Shown one piece after another: positions 35,640-49,463 of a DNA stretch of 55,111 nt. Source of the DNA: Octopus bimaculoides (Eukaryota); contig NC_068982.1 in the NCBI RefSeq assembly GCF_001194135.2, positions 182,242,258 through 182,297,368 on the forward strand, in the 5' to 3' direction. The first letter of the stretch is position 1; the number at the start of each line of letters is the position of its first letter. Made by a program: the position numbers and the translations under genes. The notes below the pieces were generated by a model. The model was not told where the DNA came from, ran no database searches, and worked only from the letters and a program-made list of their open reading frames with translations.

Positions 35640-35990
35640 ATGCAACGAATCTGTTCCATATATGCCGGTCAGGACCCAGCTTTAAACATTTCATCAGCTT
35701 CCTCTCTCTCCATTATTTGATGTCGTTCAATCATTCCATTTGTTGTGTTCCTATACCTCCTTTATCAGAAGCGTGTTCAGGCTTTCTCATATCCGCTTTA
35801 GGTAGAGTGACATGCTGTGTCATGACATGATCAAAAGATCATTTATTTCTTGCCAGATGACGATTGAGTGTGTCCGTAACGAGTAGTATCCTAACGATTT
35901 CTTTCCTTCAATCTCGTTTGCTGGATGCTCTCTGTTTCAAATCCAAACCATCATTCTATTAGATTCGATTTGAAAGTAAATGATCATTTC
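35640..35990 (-). mobile_element. RTE-like LINE 3' fragment
   Basis: Minus strand E*LNDIK*W..RKLMKCLKLGPDRHIWNRFVA resembles the RTE C-terminal WLxDIKxW...AxDRxxWR motif. Confidence 0.5.
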
Positions 35991-37336
35991 TTCACTTTCG
36001 ACACTTACCGTGTTTGTTTAACTCTCATAATTTGAAATCCAAATGCTCTTTAAAAGAAATTTTGTTGCTAATGAGATGTATGTTTTTCTAAACAACGCTT
36101 AATTTTGCTAAGGTCTGTAGACACTGCAATCTAATTCGATTTGTTTTTTTGATATTACATATTTCATCATTAGTCTTCGAAAATAATTCATATTAATGAG
36201 TTTGTTTGAAAGGCCGCTCTGTTATTTCAATTTGCATTGATTATTTTCCTTTATACTAGATATCACCAATTCTATTACAAAATCTTCGGCAATTGTACGA
36301 TACTGTGTTCTTAGATTCACAATTTCTCATGCATTATGTCCTATTTAAACCAAATCATTGAGAAAATATGCATTCTTCACTCTTCTACCTCATAACTAAA
36401 TATTTCTTTGAAATGCTGACGTTTCTCTCATTTTATGTTAATGAGTTACTTTAAAAGTTTTAGGCGAAACCACAAACTTTTATTCATATCTCTTGTTTAA
36501 TACGTTTCCTGGATAAAATTAGAAAACGCAACAATTCAGATTTTTATATTGACTTTATATCATTTAAAACTAGTAGACAAGCATTGTATTCTCTTTGAAT
36601 AAGCAATAGTACTCTTTGACGAACTTAGATGATGTATTGTGTAAATGTATAAAGATAAAACATTATGAGAGAAAATCAATACAATGAATGTAATAATATA
36701 TATTACCACACAATGTAGTAACTGAGGCAAAAGGAGTAATACGTTTTAAAGTACCAAATATGATACAGAAAATTTCTTACATACAACATTGCCACATAAA
36801 TGAGAAAAAGAGGTATGCAATAGTTTCGCTGATACTGAAACGTAGATAGAGCGTAACTTCTACAATGATGCATTTGGTTGTCTCTTAATCCCATGTTGAC
36901 TCAGATAACACGTTTGGTTTTGACATCTGTGATATATAGCTCGATGATTACTGATCAGTTGATCGTTTGCTGATGAATCTCTTAAGCCTCTCTTGATTTC
37001 TCTGTTTAATGAATAACTGTTATTTAATATTAGGAATCGTCATAAAGACTTTTCCTCAGTCGACACTAAAACCTCTAATCTGATATTATTAGCTTCTCTG
37101 TCACACACAAAGAGGTCTTGAAAGCCGAAGGGTAGCTAGCAAAATGTAGTCATAATAAAGGCATTCAGAAAAAAAAGCATTGATTTGTTATGACCAGAAT
37201 ACTTCTCATCACAGTTAGGATTAATCATGGGTTACCCATTATTAAATAACAATTCATGTTATAAGTATCATATAAGTAACTTAAGTATTTTAAACACAAA
37301 ATTGATGTTGGTTTCAAATTTTGAAACCAATCCGAG

Positions 37337-37572
37337 GATGAACTCTGAGCTATAAATAGCCTCATAGTTAAGCAAATACTTACATCAGAGCTTCCAACTG
37401 TCACAGGTACAAAATAGCCAATAGCACACAAGCTATATCGAAATTACCTCTGTTAAAAATACACTTGATTCTATGAAGTACGTCTTGACTAACCAACATG
37501 TCCAAAAATATACAGACAACACCCGATCACTTACACATACATAAACACATGAAACTATAAATTAGACATTGC
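37337..37572 (+). repeat. ~240-bp direct repeat, copy 2
   Basis: Matches 33211-33449. Confidence 0.9.
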
Positions 37573-37589
37573 ATATATATGAACCAGCA

Positions 37590-37778
37590 AGTTCAGGAGT
37601 GGGGACAAGCCGATAACATCGATCCCAGTGTCCAACTGGTACTTATTTTATCGAGCCCAAAAAGGATGAAAGGTAAAGTCGACCACGGCGGAATTTGAAC
37701 TCAGAGCTTAAAGACGGATGAAATAGTGCAAAGTATTTTGCTCGATGTGCAAACAATTCTCCTAGCTCGCTGCCTTAA
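37590..37778 (-). mobile_element. Short tRNA-derived SINE
   Basis: Minus strand ggcagcgagctaggagaattg...ctgagttcaaattccgccgtggtcgactttacctttcatcc. Homologous to 5805-6027. Confidence 0.85.
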
Positions 37779-38846
37779 ACGCAAAATTAGTATTGATATA
37801 AGCATTATGTTGTTAACATGCTCTAATTAACATACTGACAATGGAATACAGATGATAACTTACTCATGTTACTGAATATCTATTAACATTCAGCTGGTAA
37901 CACAATGATTATAACAAAATGATGTTAACCTACAGATACAACGTTGTTAATATTGGGATGTTAACATTCTGACGATGACGTAATAGCGATAATACAATTC
38001 TATTAGCATAAGAGTATTAATTAACTGGTATTAGGATCAGTACTTTAACAATACGATACTAGTGTGTTAACAGCAAGTTACGTCTTGATGTTAATGAAGT
38101 GATAATTTACTAGCTTTAACAGACCCAATCTTATCCTTCATGTGCTAATGTGTGTGTATGCGCAAGCGCTTAAGTGTGTATGTATGTGTGTGTGGGTGCT
38201 TGTGTGTCTGTGTGTGTGTATGTGTGGGTGTGTGTGTGTATGTGTACGTGTATATATGGGCGTGTTTATGTGTCCATCCAGTAACAAAAATTGAAACTTA
38301 TTTTCATCGCTGTATGTAATAATACAACTTGCTTCGTAGCGTTTGTATTTTCGTCGTAGGCTAAATATCACGTGGCTAAATATAAGACGTCTGCGTATTG
38401 TTATGTATATGGAATTCAAAATATTGAGTGAATATATACTTATATACTTACGTGTTTGTGAGTGAATGTGAGTAGATTTCATGTTTGTGAATCATCTAAA
38501 TTCAAAATATACACATATTAATCATTGTATGTATAGATTCAGAAGAAGTTATACAAAGATATCAATTATGCCTGAAATAGACAGAAAATCATAGAAAGAA
38601 ATGGATATATTAAATCGGTAAACATTCAGCGTTAAACAATCTGCATCTAAAATCTGTCAAATGGTTATGGTTATCTTACATATCAATGTACCAGCCTTAT
38701 GACAATTGTTTGGAATATGTAATATTATTATATATGTTTTATACTTTATGGCGTGTTGACATGAATGCAGAGAAATGATAGTGTTCTACACAATACCTCG
38801 ACAAAATATTCGATATAATGAATGGTACAAATATTGGAGTTATCAT

Positions 38847-38901
<55 letters not shown>

Positions 38902-40711
38902 TATGAACGTATGAATATGAGTCTGGTGTGTGTGAGTATGAATACGTATTCGCATATTTGTATTTACTACATATGTATATAAACGTATATATATATATAT
39001 ATACATATTTATACATATATATACATATACATATCCAGGTATACATACATATATATATATGTTTGTGTGTACGTATGTGTTTCTGTGTGTGAATGTGTTT
39101 GTGTATATGCATCTATGAGGAAAACTAGGAAGCAATTTGTCAATACTGCACCCCTTCGATTCCATCGCTAATGCAGGGCTCAAAACTAGGCAAAACAAAG
39201 TAGAGTTAAATGAATAAGTAGGAGTAACAACTTGATGCATCCAATTTAATTGAGTTTCATGTCTCAAATTATTCTAAAGTATTATTGGGAAAATGTCACA
39301 ATTGTATGATTAAGCAAACATTATGTTCGGAAGATCGTAATTTGATTCATACTTCACACAAAAGAAGTATGATATTAACTACACTGTCCACCGGTGAGTT
39401 ACTCAAGAGACAAAAATATACATGTTTGCGATTTTAAAGAGAATTATGTTCTTGGACAATAGATGATTTTTTTCAGTTCATGTGGTAGAGAAACTCCTTT
39501 TTATATTTCATCATTTTCCTCCAGTTATCCTTATAAAACTGTATAAATTCCGTCGAACTATTATTCACAATATTTCACTATAGCATATGAAATGGATGTC
39601 ACGAACAGTTTAAGAACGTGATTCTATTTAAGTTACACATTCTTTTTCGTTTATTTATAGATAACCCTACCAGATACTGTGTACAGGCAAAGCGAATTTT
39701 TTTAATGACACATTTCATTTACTTTAACCATGCATGTTCTGTCTACAATCACGTAAGCCTAACATTTGTCTAAATAAGCAATATTGTAACAATTTAACCA
39801 CCGGTCTTTTTGAATAAATCGAGAGTTGAAACCGTAGCAAATAGCATTGCAAGCACTGTAAATATTGTTTGAAAGTGTAAAAGCTAAACGAAATCTAAAA
39901 TCATATAATCTAAAAATTGAATAATATAAAAATTGATATTGTTTAGTTTAGATAATCGAATTAAATAACAATTGAAGCGACGTTTACATGTTATTACCTT
40001 AGGAATTGTGTAATGCCTAGGAATTTATTTAGAAGCGCATGACGTAGAATCGTGTATAGTTTTCTTAACCCCATAGGTAATTCACAAATAAGTTAGTGAA
40101 TATTTTCTTTTTAATTAAAAGAAATATATATATCTATCACATATAAATAACAAAACAAATGAGCCGAGAGCAGAAAACATTTCAGACAACATCCGTTGCT
40201 ACATGACGATTTAAATTAGATTAAAAGTGAGATAAGGCAAAGCGGTTTCTTTTCTATTTGATTTCTTTATGTTTATCTATTTACATCCATTAATTAATGT
40301 TTTAATGTTATCTTAAAAAGCAGTTCATGGGAAATCTTGTAGGTTTCAGGGCAAATAAGAAACAGAACCAAATAAACAAGGTTGTTTTTATACTATAAAT
40401 ATATCTAATGCATAGATGCTAAACCAGGCAATCATTTAATATGAAGAATTCCAGTATATATACGCAGAGACCTATCTTTCTAAATGCATTTATTGATCAG
40501 TACATATGTAGATTCATTCATATGTATTTACATATCACTAATGTTAATGTTTACGAAAATCTTATATATGACTACATAATACGCATCATAATTACACGTA
40601 AAACTGCCCATCACCATACATACATACATACATATACACGCATTCATACATACATATAGGTATATATGTTAGCATATATATATATGTTCATGTGTGGGAA
40701 TGCGCGCGTCT

Positions 40712-40795
<84 letters not shown>

Positions 40796-41660
40796 NNNNN
40801 NNNNNNNNNNNNNNNNNNNNNNNNNNNNNNNNNNNNNNNNNNNNNNNNNNNNNNNNNNNNNNNNNNNNNNNNNNNNNNNNNNNNNNNNNNNNNNNNNNNN
40901 NNNNNNNNNNNNNNNNNNNNNNNNNNNNNNNNNNNNNNNNNNNNNNNNNNNNNNNNNNNNNNNNNNNNNNNNNNNNNNNNNNNNNNNNNNNNNNNNNNNN
41001 NNNNNNNNNNNNNNNNNNNNNNNNNNNNNNNNNNNNNNNNNNNNNNNNNNNNNNNNNNNNNNNNNNNNNNNNNNNNNNNNNNNNNNNNNNNNNNNNNNNN
41101 NNNNNNNNNNNNNNNNNNNNNNNNNNNNNNNNNNNNNNNNNNNNNNNNNNNNNNNNNNNNNNNNNNNNNNNNNNNNNNNNNNNNNNNNNNNNNNNNNNNN
41201 NNNNNNNNNNNNNNNNNNNNNNNNNNNNNNNNNNNNNNNNNNNNNNNNNNNNNNNNNNNNNNNNNNNNNNNNNNNNNNNNNNNNNNNNNNNNNNNNNNNN
41301 NNNNNNNNNNNNNNNNNNNNNNNNNNNNNNNNNNNNNNNNNNNNNNNNNNNNNNNNNNNNNNNNNNNNNNNNNNNNNNNNNNNNNNNNNNNNNNNNNNNN
41401 NNNNNNNNNNNNNNNNNNNNNNNNNNNNNNNNNNNNNNNNNNNNNNNNNNNNNNNNNNNNNNNNNNNNNNNNNNNNNNNNNNNNNNNNNNNNNNNNNNNN
41501 NNNNNNNNNNNNNNNNNNNNNNNNNNNNNNNNNNNNNNNNNNNNNNNNNNNNNNNNNNNNNNNNNNNNNNNNNNNNNNNNNNNNNNNNNNNNNNNNNNNN
41601 NNNNNNNNNNNNNNNNNNNNNNNNNNNNNNNNNNNNNNNNNNNNNNNNNNNNNNNNNNNN

Positions 41661-42939
41661 AGGTAATTTCGGTTTTTTAGTGTGAAATAAGTCATTTTTT
41701 CATACAAATAAAGTTTAATCTATATATTTTCCATTTTGATCGATGACCTTCTGCCATCTCCCTGGCATATTCATGATTCCGGGCTCATATAAATTCTGGT
41801 CATTATCAGCCAAAAATTGAGTGTAATTTCAGGTCATCATCGTTCTTGAAAGTTTTGCCATTCAAAAAATTTGTAAACTTTGAAATAAATGGTAATCCGA
41901 TGGTGCAAGGAGAGGGCTATATGATAGATATAACATTACTTCACAACCAAGCTCCAATAATTATTCACGAGTTAGCGAAGACGTGTATCATCTACCGTTA
42001 TCATGGTTGAACACGATTCCTTGACGATTTACCAATTCTGGTAAATTCTTTATTTGATTGCATTCTCCAGTTTCACTATTTGTTGAAAGTAAACATCTGA
42101 ATTGATCGTTTGGTTCCTTGGAAGCAGCTCAAAATACAAAACACGATTGTAATACCACCAAATTTGCAGCATGACCGTTTTCCGATGCATTCCAGCTAAA
42201 GATGTGGTTTGTACTGGATCATCACGCTTGAACCATGATCGTTTCCAATTGATGTTATTTTAAACAACCCATTTGTTATTGCCACTCATGATTTGTTTCA
42301 AAAACAGGTCTATTTATTTGTGTTTGAGATGCATATCGCTAATATTGATTCGTTGTGTTAAGCGAATCTCTTTCAATTTATGTGGAACCCAAATATAGAG
42401 TTTCTTAAGGAGTCCATGACATTTTAAGTGATTTTCAATTGCTGTGTGTGATATATTTAGCCTCTCTGCACACTCTCGCACGGTTTCTGACAATCCCATT
42501 CTATTACAGGTTTGATGCGGTCATCAACAACTTCAGTAGGTCGAGCAGAACGTTAGTTATCTTTAAGTGAAAAATTTGCAGAACGGAATTTTTAAAAAAC
42601 GTTTCTGACATGTGCGTTCTTAACAGAAGGCGTATGTCAGATGTTATGGTCAACACTGTATACTTCACATACCTGTTTCTAGCACGCAGCAGCTTTCTTA
42701 CCTTTAGGGAAATAAAAACTCAATATATGGCGAAAATGTTCGTTTTTGCACTCCATATTAAAATTGATACCGAATTAACAGCTGTTAACAAAATTACGCG
42801 TAATTTGCTTCTAAAGTAAGCTAAAATCAAGAGCTATCGAATGTCAAAAGCGAAAAATTATAACGCTTCCAAAAGTTATTCAAAAAAACCGTAGCCCTGT
42901 CTATTTCCGGAAAACGAAATTACTTTTCTGCCAACCCAA
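41661..42939 (-). mobile_element. Mariner transposon (decayed, near full length)
   Basis: Minus strand gives WVPHKL, KWVV, HRKTVMLQIWW..RVLYFELLP, FNHDN and YSPLLAPSDYHLF. The TIR aaaacgaaattacttttctgccaacccaa is followed by TA at 42940. The partner TIR remnant aggtaatttcggtttt emerges from the gap at 41661. Confidence 0.93.
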
Positions 42940-42959
42940 TATAAACAAGGAGTAGATAA

Positions 42960-43125
42960 AACAGGGAACAAATGATGAAGGGAATGTTCTTTATGTTGGC
43001 TGTCTCGTTTCTCTATTTGTTTCTTTCGTTGTTCGGAAAAAGTTCATTTTCCATGCTTTGATTTTTTTATGTTCTCGTTTCTCATTTTGTTCAGGTTTTC
43101 GTTTACGTCCTGTACCCATATATAC
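42960..43125 (+). mobile_element. Diverged family B repeat
   Basis: It carries tgatgaagggaatgttctttatg and ends in cgtcctgtacccatatat, as at 32070-32200. Confidence 0.55.
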
Positions 43126-44607
43126 TTGTATATACACACATATATGTAGGCATGTACGTGTATGTGTGTATATATGCGTATACATATTGTATATATATAT
43201 ATATNNNNNNNNNNNNNNNNNNNNNNNNNNNNNNNNNNNNNNNNNNNNNNNNNNNNNNNNNNNNNNNNNNNNNNNNNNNNNNNNNNNNNNNNNNNNNNNN
43301 NNNNNNNNNNNNNNNNNNNNNNNNNNNNNNNNNNNNNNNNNNNNNNNNNNNNNNNNNNNNNNNNNNNNNNNNNNNNNNNNNNNNNNNNNNNNNNNNNNNN
43401 NNNNNNNNNNNNNNNNNNNNNNNNNNNNNNNNNNNNNNNNNNNNNNNNNNNNNNNNNNNNNNNNNNNNNNNNNNNNNNNNNNNNNNNNNNNNNNNNNNNN
43501 NNNNNNNNNNNNNNNNNNNNNNNNNNNNNNNNNNNNNNNNNNNNNNNNNNNNNNNNNNNNNNNNNNNNNNNNNNNNNNNNNNNNNNNNNNNNNNNNNNNN
43601 NNNNNNNNNNNNNNNNNNNNNNNNNNNNNNNNNNNNNNNNNNNNNNNNNNNNNNNNNNNNNNNNNNNNNNNNNNNNNNNNNNNNNNNNNNNNNNTATATA
43701 TATATATATATGACGGGCTTCTTTCAGTTTCCTTCTACGAAATCTCCTTACAAGTATTTAGTCGGCCCATGGCTATAGTTGAAAGCAAAAGTGATTAGGC
43801 TTTAAAAACATTTGTAAGCTTCCCGCTACGTCCTTCTGTTCAGGTCATGTGACAATATCTTTTGCGTCAAAAGTACAGGCTGATACTTTTGAATGAACGT
43901 CTCTAGGGTCTGTCATCAGTCTCACAGAATCTATATTCAATCAGTCAAGTGGTAGAGTCGAGAGGAGTTGTCATTAAAATTTGTTAGATCTCTTTTATTG
44001 TCCGTGGGTTAGTGTTTGGGTGGCTTATTGATATTAGTTCTATCATGGTTTGTATGTTTCTATAAATATAATCTATTTATTCGTGTTTGCTTTGTGACAT
44101 TATAATAAAGGTAGAATGAGAAAACTTGGAATTTTTAGAAGCTATTTGTCTTACATATCTCTAAGCAAAAAAAGTAATCTAAAAGCTAAGGTTACGTTGT
44201 TATACTGAATGTGACTATTGAGAATGAAAGAAATCGAGGCTTTGTAAATTTAGTATATCCACTGAATGGATATGATTTGTATGTATGTACGTAGGCATAG
44301 AATTTCTTCGCCGCTAAACTCCTGTGTTAGTGACACGCGAGAAAAACTCATGATCGTGCCCAAAGTTAAGGTTAATGACTGTAAATTGAACATGTCAAGT
44401 GGTAGATTAAGTTTATGCGTGCGTAGTTGTTGGTGAATATACACGTTAAAGTCTCTTTCGTTGTGGTTTTTATTGTACATTTGTATAAATATATTTCATT
44501 TGTTTGTGTTTGACCTGTGGTATGTACTGAAGACTTGGTATTTGTATTATTTATTGCACATATACCTATGTGCCCGCTCAATGGGATATGTCTAATACTG
44601 GGCCCTT

Positions 44608-44635
44608 GTAATACTACTACTAATAATAATAATAT

Positions 44636-44686
<51 letters not shown>

Positions 44687-44729
44687 CGCTACTACTACTA
44701 CTACTACTGCTACTATTACTAAAAAATAA

Positions 44730-44780
<51 letters not shown>

Positions 44781-44781
44781 T
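44608..44781. repeat. Compound (ACT)n-(AAT)n microsatellite
   Basis: Read directly from the sequence. Confidence 0.97.
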
Positions 44782-45225
44782 TAAATGAAATTATTGAAAT
44801 TTGGACCTCTGGTGAACTGAGCTTTTATACGGAATTTAAAAAGCAAACAGAAAAAAGCTCAATGAATGGGTCAGAAAGATAAATAATATCACTGGTGACA
44901 TCATGACTGACTACATCACAGACACCAACAATCTCATTAATGCACACTCGATCTTTATAGCTCGGAATTCAGGTCTGAAAGCCAAAGGAAGGGACCATGG
45001 TGGAAAAAGATAATAACACAGTCTATTAACGAGACCAGAAAACATTTTAATATTCTAGAACGGAAAAAAATAAAGCCCAGCGAGAGAAATATGTTGTGCT
45101 AGAGAGGAAGTATAAGGTGAAGAGAAAGGGCACCAATGTTGTGATTGAGGAATTAAAACAGAGGTTGAAAAGTAAAGCACATAAACAGAGAATTGAGCAA
45201 TACAGATTAAACAGACTAATTCGTG
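44782..45225 (+). mobile_element. R4/Dong-like pre-RT fragment
   Basis: ITDTNNLINA, PWWKK, SINETRKHFNILER and LERKYKVKRKGTNVVIEELKQRLKSKAH...EQYRLNRL. Confidence 0.7.
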
Positions 45226-46075
45226 TGTGGGGGCTGATTCTCGACATTGAGGATGTTCCAATGTGTTCGATTGAACTATTGAAAATGGTAGCTACGAATT
45301 TTCCTCCAATCATACACCGTCATCATTCGATAAATACGGTTCTAGATATACATGTTTACAAGCAATGGGAATTAGTGACAACTGCAACATATGTCATCAT
45401 TGAATTGGTTTATCACGACTGAGCTGGGAATAAAAAAGGAACAACATCAAATGTAAAGAGGAAAATTATATAAACATTTGTATGTGCATACACTTACAGA
45501 AGCAAAGTAGGTCGAAAGAAATACATAAAACTGTTAATATACAGGAAGCAGTTAATCTTATTACAATGCGTCACAAATATCACATTAGCAATTACATAGA
45601 GAGGTATANNNNNNNNNNNNNNNNNNNNNNNNNNNNNNNNNNNNNNNNNNNNNNNNNNNNNNNNNNNNNNNNNNNNNNNNNNNNNNNNNNNNNNNNNNNN
45701 NNNNNNNNNNNNNNNNNNNNNNNNNNNNNNNNNNNNNNNNNNNNNNNNNNNNNNNNNNNNNNNNNNNNNNNNNNNNNNNNNNNNNNNNNNNNNNNNNNNN
45801 NNNNNNNNNNNNNNNNNNNNNNNNNNNNNNNNNNNNNNNNNNNNNNNNNNNNNNNNNNNNNNNNNNNNNNNNNNNNNNNNNNNNNNNNNNNNNNNNNNNN
45901 NNNNNNNNNNNNNNNNNNNNNNNNNNNNNNNNNNNNNNNNNNNNNNNNNNNNNNNNNNNNNNNNNNNNNNNNNNNNNNNNNNNNNNNNNNNNNNNNNNNN
46001 NNNNNNNNNNNNNNNNNNNNNNNNNNNNNNNNNNNNNNNNNNNNNNNNNNNNNNNNNNNNNNNNNNNNNNNNNNN

Positions 46076-46125
<50 letters not shown>

Positions 46126-48399
46126 TGTGTGTGTGTGTGTGTGTATATATATACGTGTACGTATGTATGTATGTATATGTATATGATGCGTGTAGCGATA
46201 GTTATTGCTAATAATTCCTTTGGGCAAATGTATTTTCCGGTTGCAGATGTAAATATCGCTATTCACTCTTTGAAGTCTGACACTGATTAAGAATGAATAT
46301 TTAATAATTTGTCGCTTCACTCACTCGCTAATATCTTATTTTAACTCTGGTTTTTCAGTTGAGCGATAGCGTACACATACATGTCTATATAGAGACACCC
46401 TTTTACATTAATACACAAACACATACATAGATGTATGTAGAGTCACATTCATACGCACACGTATAAATATATATATATATATANNNNNNNNNNTTTTGAA
46501 TTGCAACACAGGATTTCATTTTGTGTATTATTCAAATGATTGAAGTTGGCAAGCAACGCGTTAACATATACATAAATTAAGGTATCCACGCATACACATA
46601 CACACACACGCACATACGAACACACATATACAGACACACACACACACACATACACACACACAAATATGTATGTGTGTACGTATGTGTNNNNNNNNNNCAC
46701 ACACACACACACACACACACACACAAATATGTCTGTGTGTACGTATGTGTGTGTGTGTCTGTGTATGTGTGTGAGTGTGTGCGCGTGTGTGTCTGTATGC
46801 GTGTATACATTCATTTATGCATATGATAACGCGCGCGTGTGTGTGAGTGTGTGTGCTTGTGTGTGTGTGTTTGTGTGTGTACATAAAGTTGCAAATGTAT
46901 TCGTGTAACCGCTGAAATATTATTAGTCATCCAGTTTTGCAGCTTTGATTAGTTTCCTCAAAACTGATAGGAAGTGCGTAACATATTTATGTAAGGAATT
47001 ATCAGATGCAGTACTACGCTATCACCTTTGAAATAAACATGATTGCGAGGAAGGTGAATATTGTTACTAAAGTTCTTTTTTCTTTTTTTCTGTTGATAAA
47101 ACCTATCTTTCTTTCTCTTTTTTTTAATAATTCCATTTTCATCAGGGAATAAGTTCATCACTTTGCATACACATTATTTTACCCAATAAGTGGCTGATAA
47201 TTTCCCCATAAATATGAAAGGAATTATCGAACAAAGTTTTGGTTCAACGTTAGAAAGATACTGAAAAAACACTGAAGCCAGATGTCGTGTTTGAAAGACA
47301 TCCTGGGTCATTGTATACAGAAGAAGGGATCCTTTGTTTCATAACTGACCAATTTTAAATACTAAAATATTGTTATTGTAAAGAGCTTTTGCTTTTCAGA
47401 ATAACAAGTTTCCTTGTTATAGTAGAGTGACATCTATTGTGAAGATGTATTTCACTGGATGGTCATAATCAATAAATTGTGTAATCGGTGAATTGTTATC
47501 CAGAATTCTCTATTCCATGCGGTAATTAGGCGACCTTCTGAATTCCTGTGTGCATATATATATATTTGATCTATGTCCAACATGCTTTAATTTTCACTGT
47601 TATTTGCAGTATGACTCATAGTTCTTCACAGTAATGCTTTCAAAATACGTCTCAGTTAAGAAAGCAAATTGCTCATACGTTCCACTTTCGTAAAATGAAA
47701 ATACTTTTTTATGTTCGTATTAGCAAATTTTTCATCTGTTTACAGTCGTTATTTAGGCGAATATTTTTTGCTGAAGATGTATTTTGCCTTGACACAGTTT
47801 AAAGTTAATATTATTATAACATCATTACTCAAAAGAGAAACGCTTATATACAAAGTTTGGTAATATCCTGGTAACATTAAAACGAACTTTCTTGCGTTAA
47901 TATTTTCTTAGTTTTCCTCATGTGAATATTAGTTTCGTTGTTCATCTAAAGTATTTTCTGTTTGAAGTCAATATCTTTTAAGAGGTCTTTGAGCTAATTT
48001 TCTTTTTCCTAACAGTATACCTAAGTGTTTATATATTATCGTGTAGCTAGAATTCGTATTAATATACTGTTAGTTCTCGTTTGGGTTAGTATAACCTCGC
48101 TTGTTGCCAATATTGTAAAGCAGATGTACCTCTCAGAAATTAAGAATATTTACACTAGTTTCTACTTTTTTCTTCAGACATAAGTCTTTTACTTCGTTGA
48201 AGAAATCATTGATAAGCGAATGCATTGCATGATCGATAATAATTCACAAAATTGACTGACTTCACTGTAGAGAACAAACATTACAGGGTTATTTTTTCTT
48301 TGTATATTCATAACAGCGCTTACATTTTTAATACATATGTATCAACATTTACGTACTCAAATTCGAAAGAGCAAACATTTCGGAAGATCTGGTAGCAAC

Positions 48400-48740
48400 G
48401 AGGGAAACTCAGCATTCGGTCTTCAGATGATGTAAGGTAAGTGTAAAAGCCAAGCTCACTACCTTCAATTCGGCCTCCGTACCTATCCTTAACTATGGTC
48501 GTGAACCCATGGTAATGACAGAAAGAATAAGATCGCGAATATATGAAGCTAGGATGGGTTTCCTCCGACGAACCCTCGGAAATCACAGAGGCACCCTACC
48601 TAGAGCCGCTACTTCCTGAATCAAGATATCACAGCTCTGATTTTACAGACATGTGTTAAAGATGTTTCGGTAACGAATCACTGGAGAGATTTTATGGGAA
48701 AAATTAACAGGCATACGACATTTAGGACTAAATGGGACAA
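48400..48740 (+). mobile_element. RTE-clade (Rex3/Expander-like) LINE C-terminal fragment
   Basis: KAKLTTFNSASVPILNYGREPMVMTERIRSRIYEARMGFLRR...ISQL*FYRHVLKM. Confidence 0.8.
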
Positions 48741-49463
48741 GAAGATAGATAACATAAGATGAGAAATGTAATAAAGAAATATCTCGAAGAAATTGTCATA
48801 TTATTCATATATTGCCTAATAGTATTAAAGCCTTCAACAAAATAAGCTACATTAAAATTGAAAAGCTGCAAATATATATCCATTTCAATACGAAGCTAAT
48901 ATTTCAATTTATACCTTTAGTGTACCCTTCGTGAGAAAACATATATCACAAATGTAAGTTCTTCTGTTCAGTGCAATTGATACTATCTTGTTAAGACTTG
49001 TATATACCCGGAAGTATTCTCATTTGGGACCTACATAAAAACACAACATAGCATTCTAATTCTTTGGAATAGAAAACTTATTCTTAGACAGGTGAAATGA
49101 AAGACAGAAATGATTTGCCCAACGTAAGAAGAGCAGATGATACTCGGAAGTTTTGCAAGATCTTCTAACTCCGTTGCAATACTAAAAACCTTTCTACACC
49201 GTCAACGAGTAACTCAGGGCCATAAGCAGCTTCCCCTTATTTAAAATAAGACCAACATCATTCGTTAATATGGTTCTAGAATAGTAACGACAGGAATGCA
49301 TACCATCTTAGAATTGGTGTGTGTATATCTATTAATCGATAGATTGATCTATCTATCTATCTATATCCCTCTCTCTCCCTCCTCTTTCTCTCCTTCTGTC
49401 TCTTTCTCACCCTTTCTCTTTCTCTCCCTCTCTCTCTCCCTCTCTCTGGCCACATTTAAAAAT

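Noticed and set aside
5805-37778. Apparent minus-strand bias of intact SINEs and CR1s as a hint of a + strand host gene
   Set aside because: Too few elements, and there are counter-examples on the + strand.
48145-48185. Minus-strand CTGAAGA...GAAACTAGTG
   Set aside because: No stem II or stem I, and G at position 17. Probably chance.
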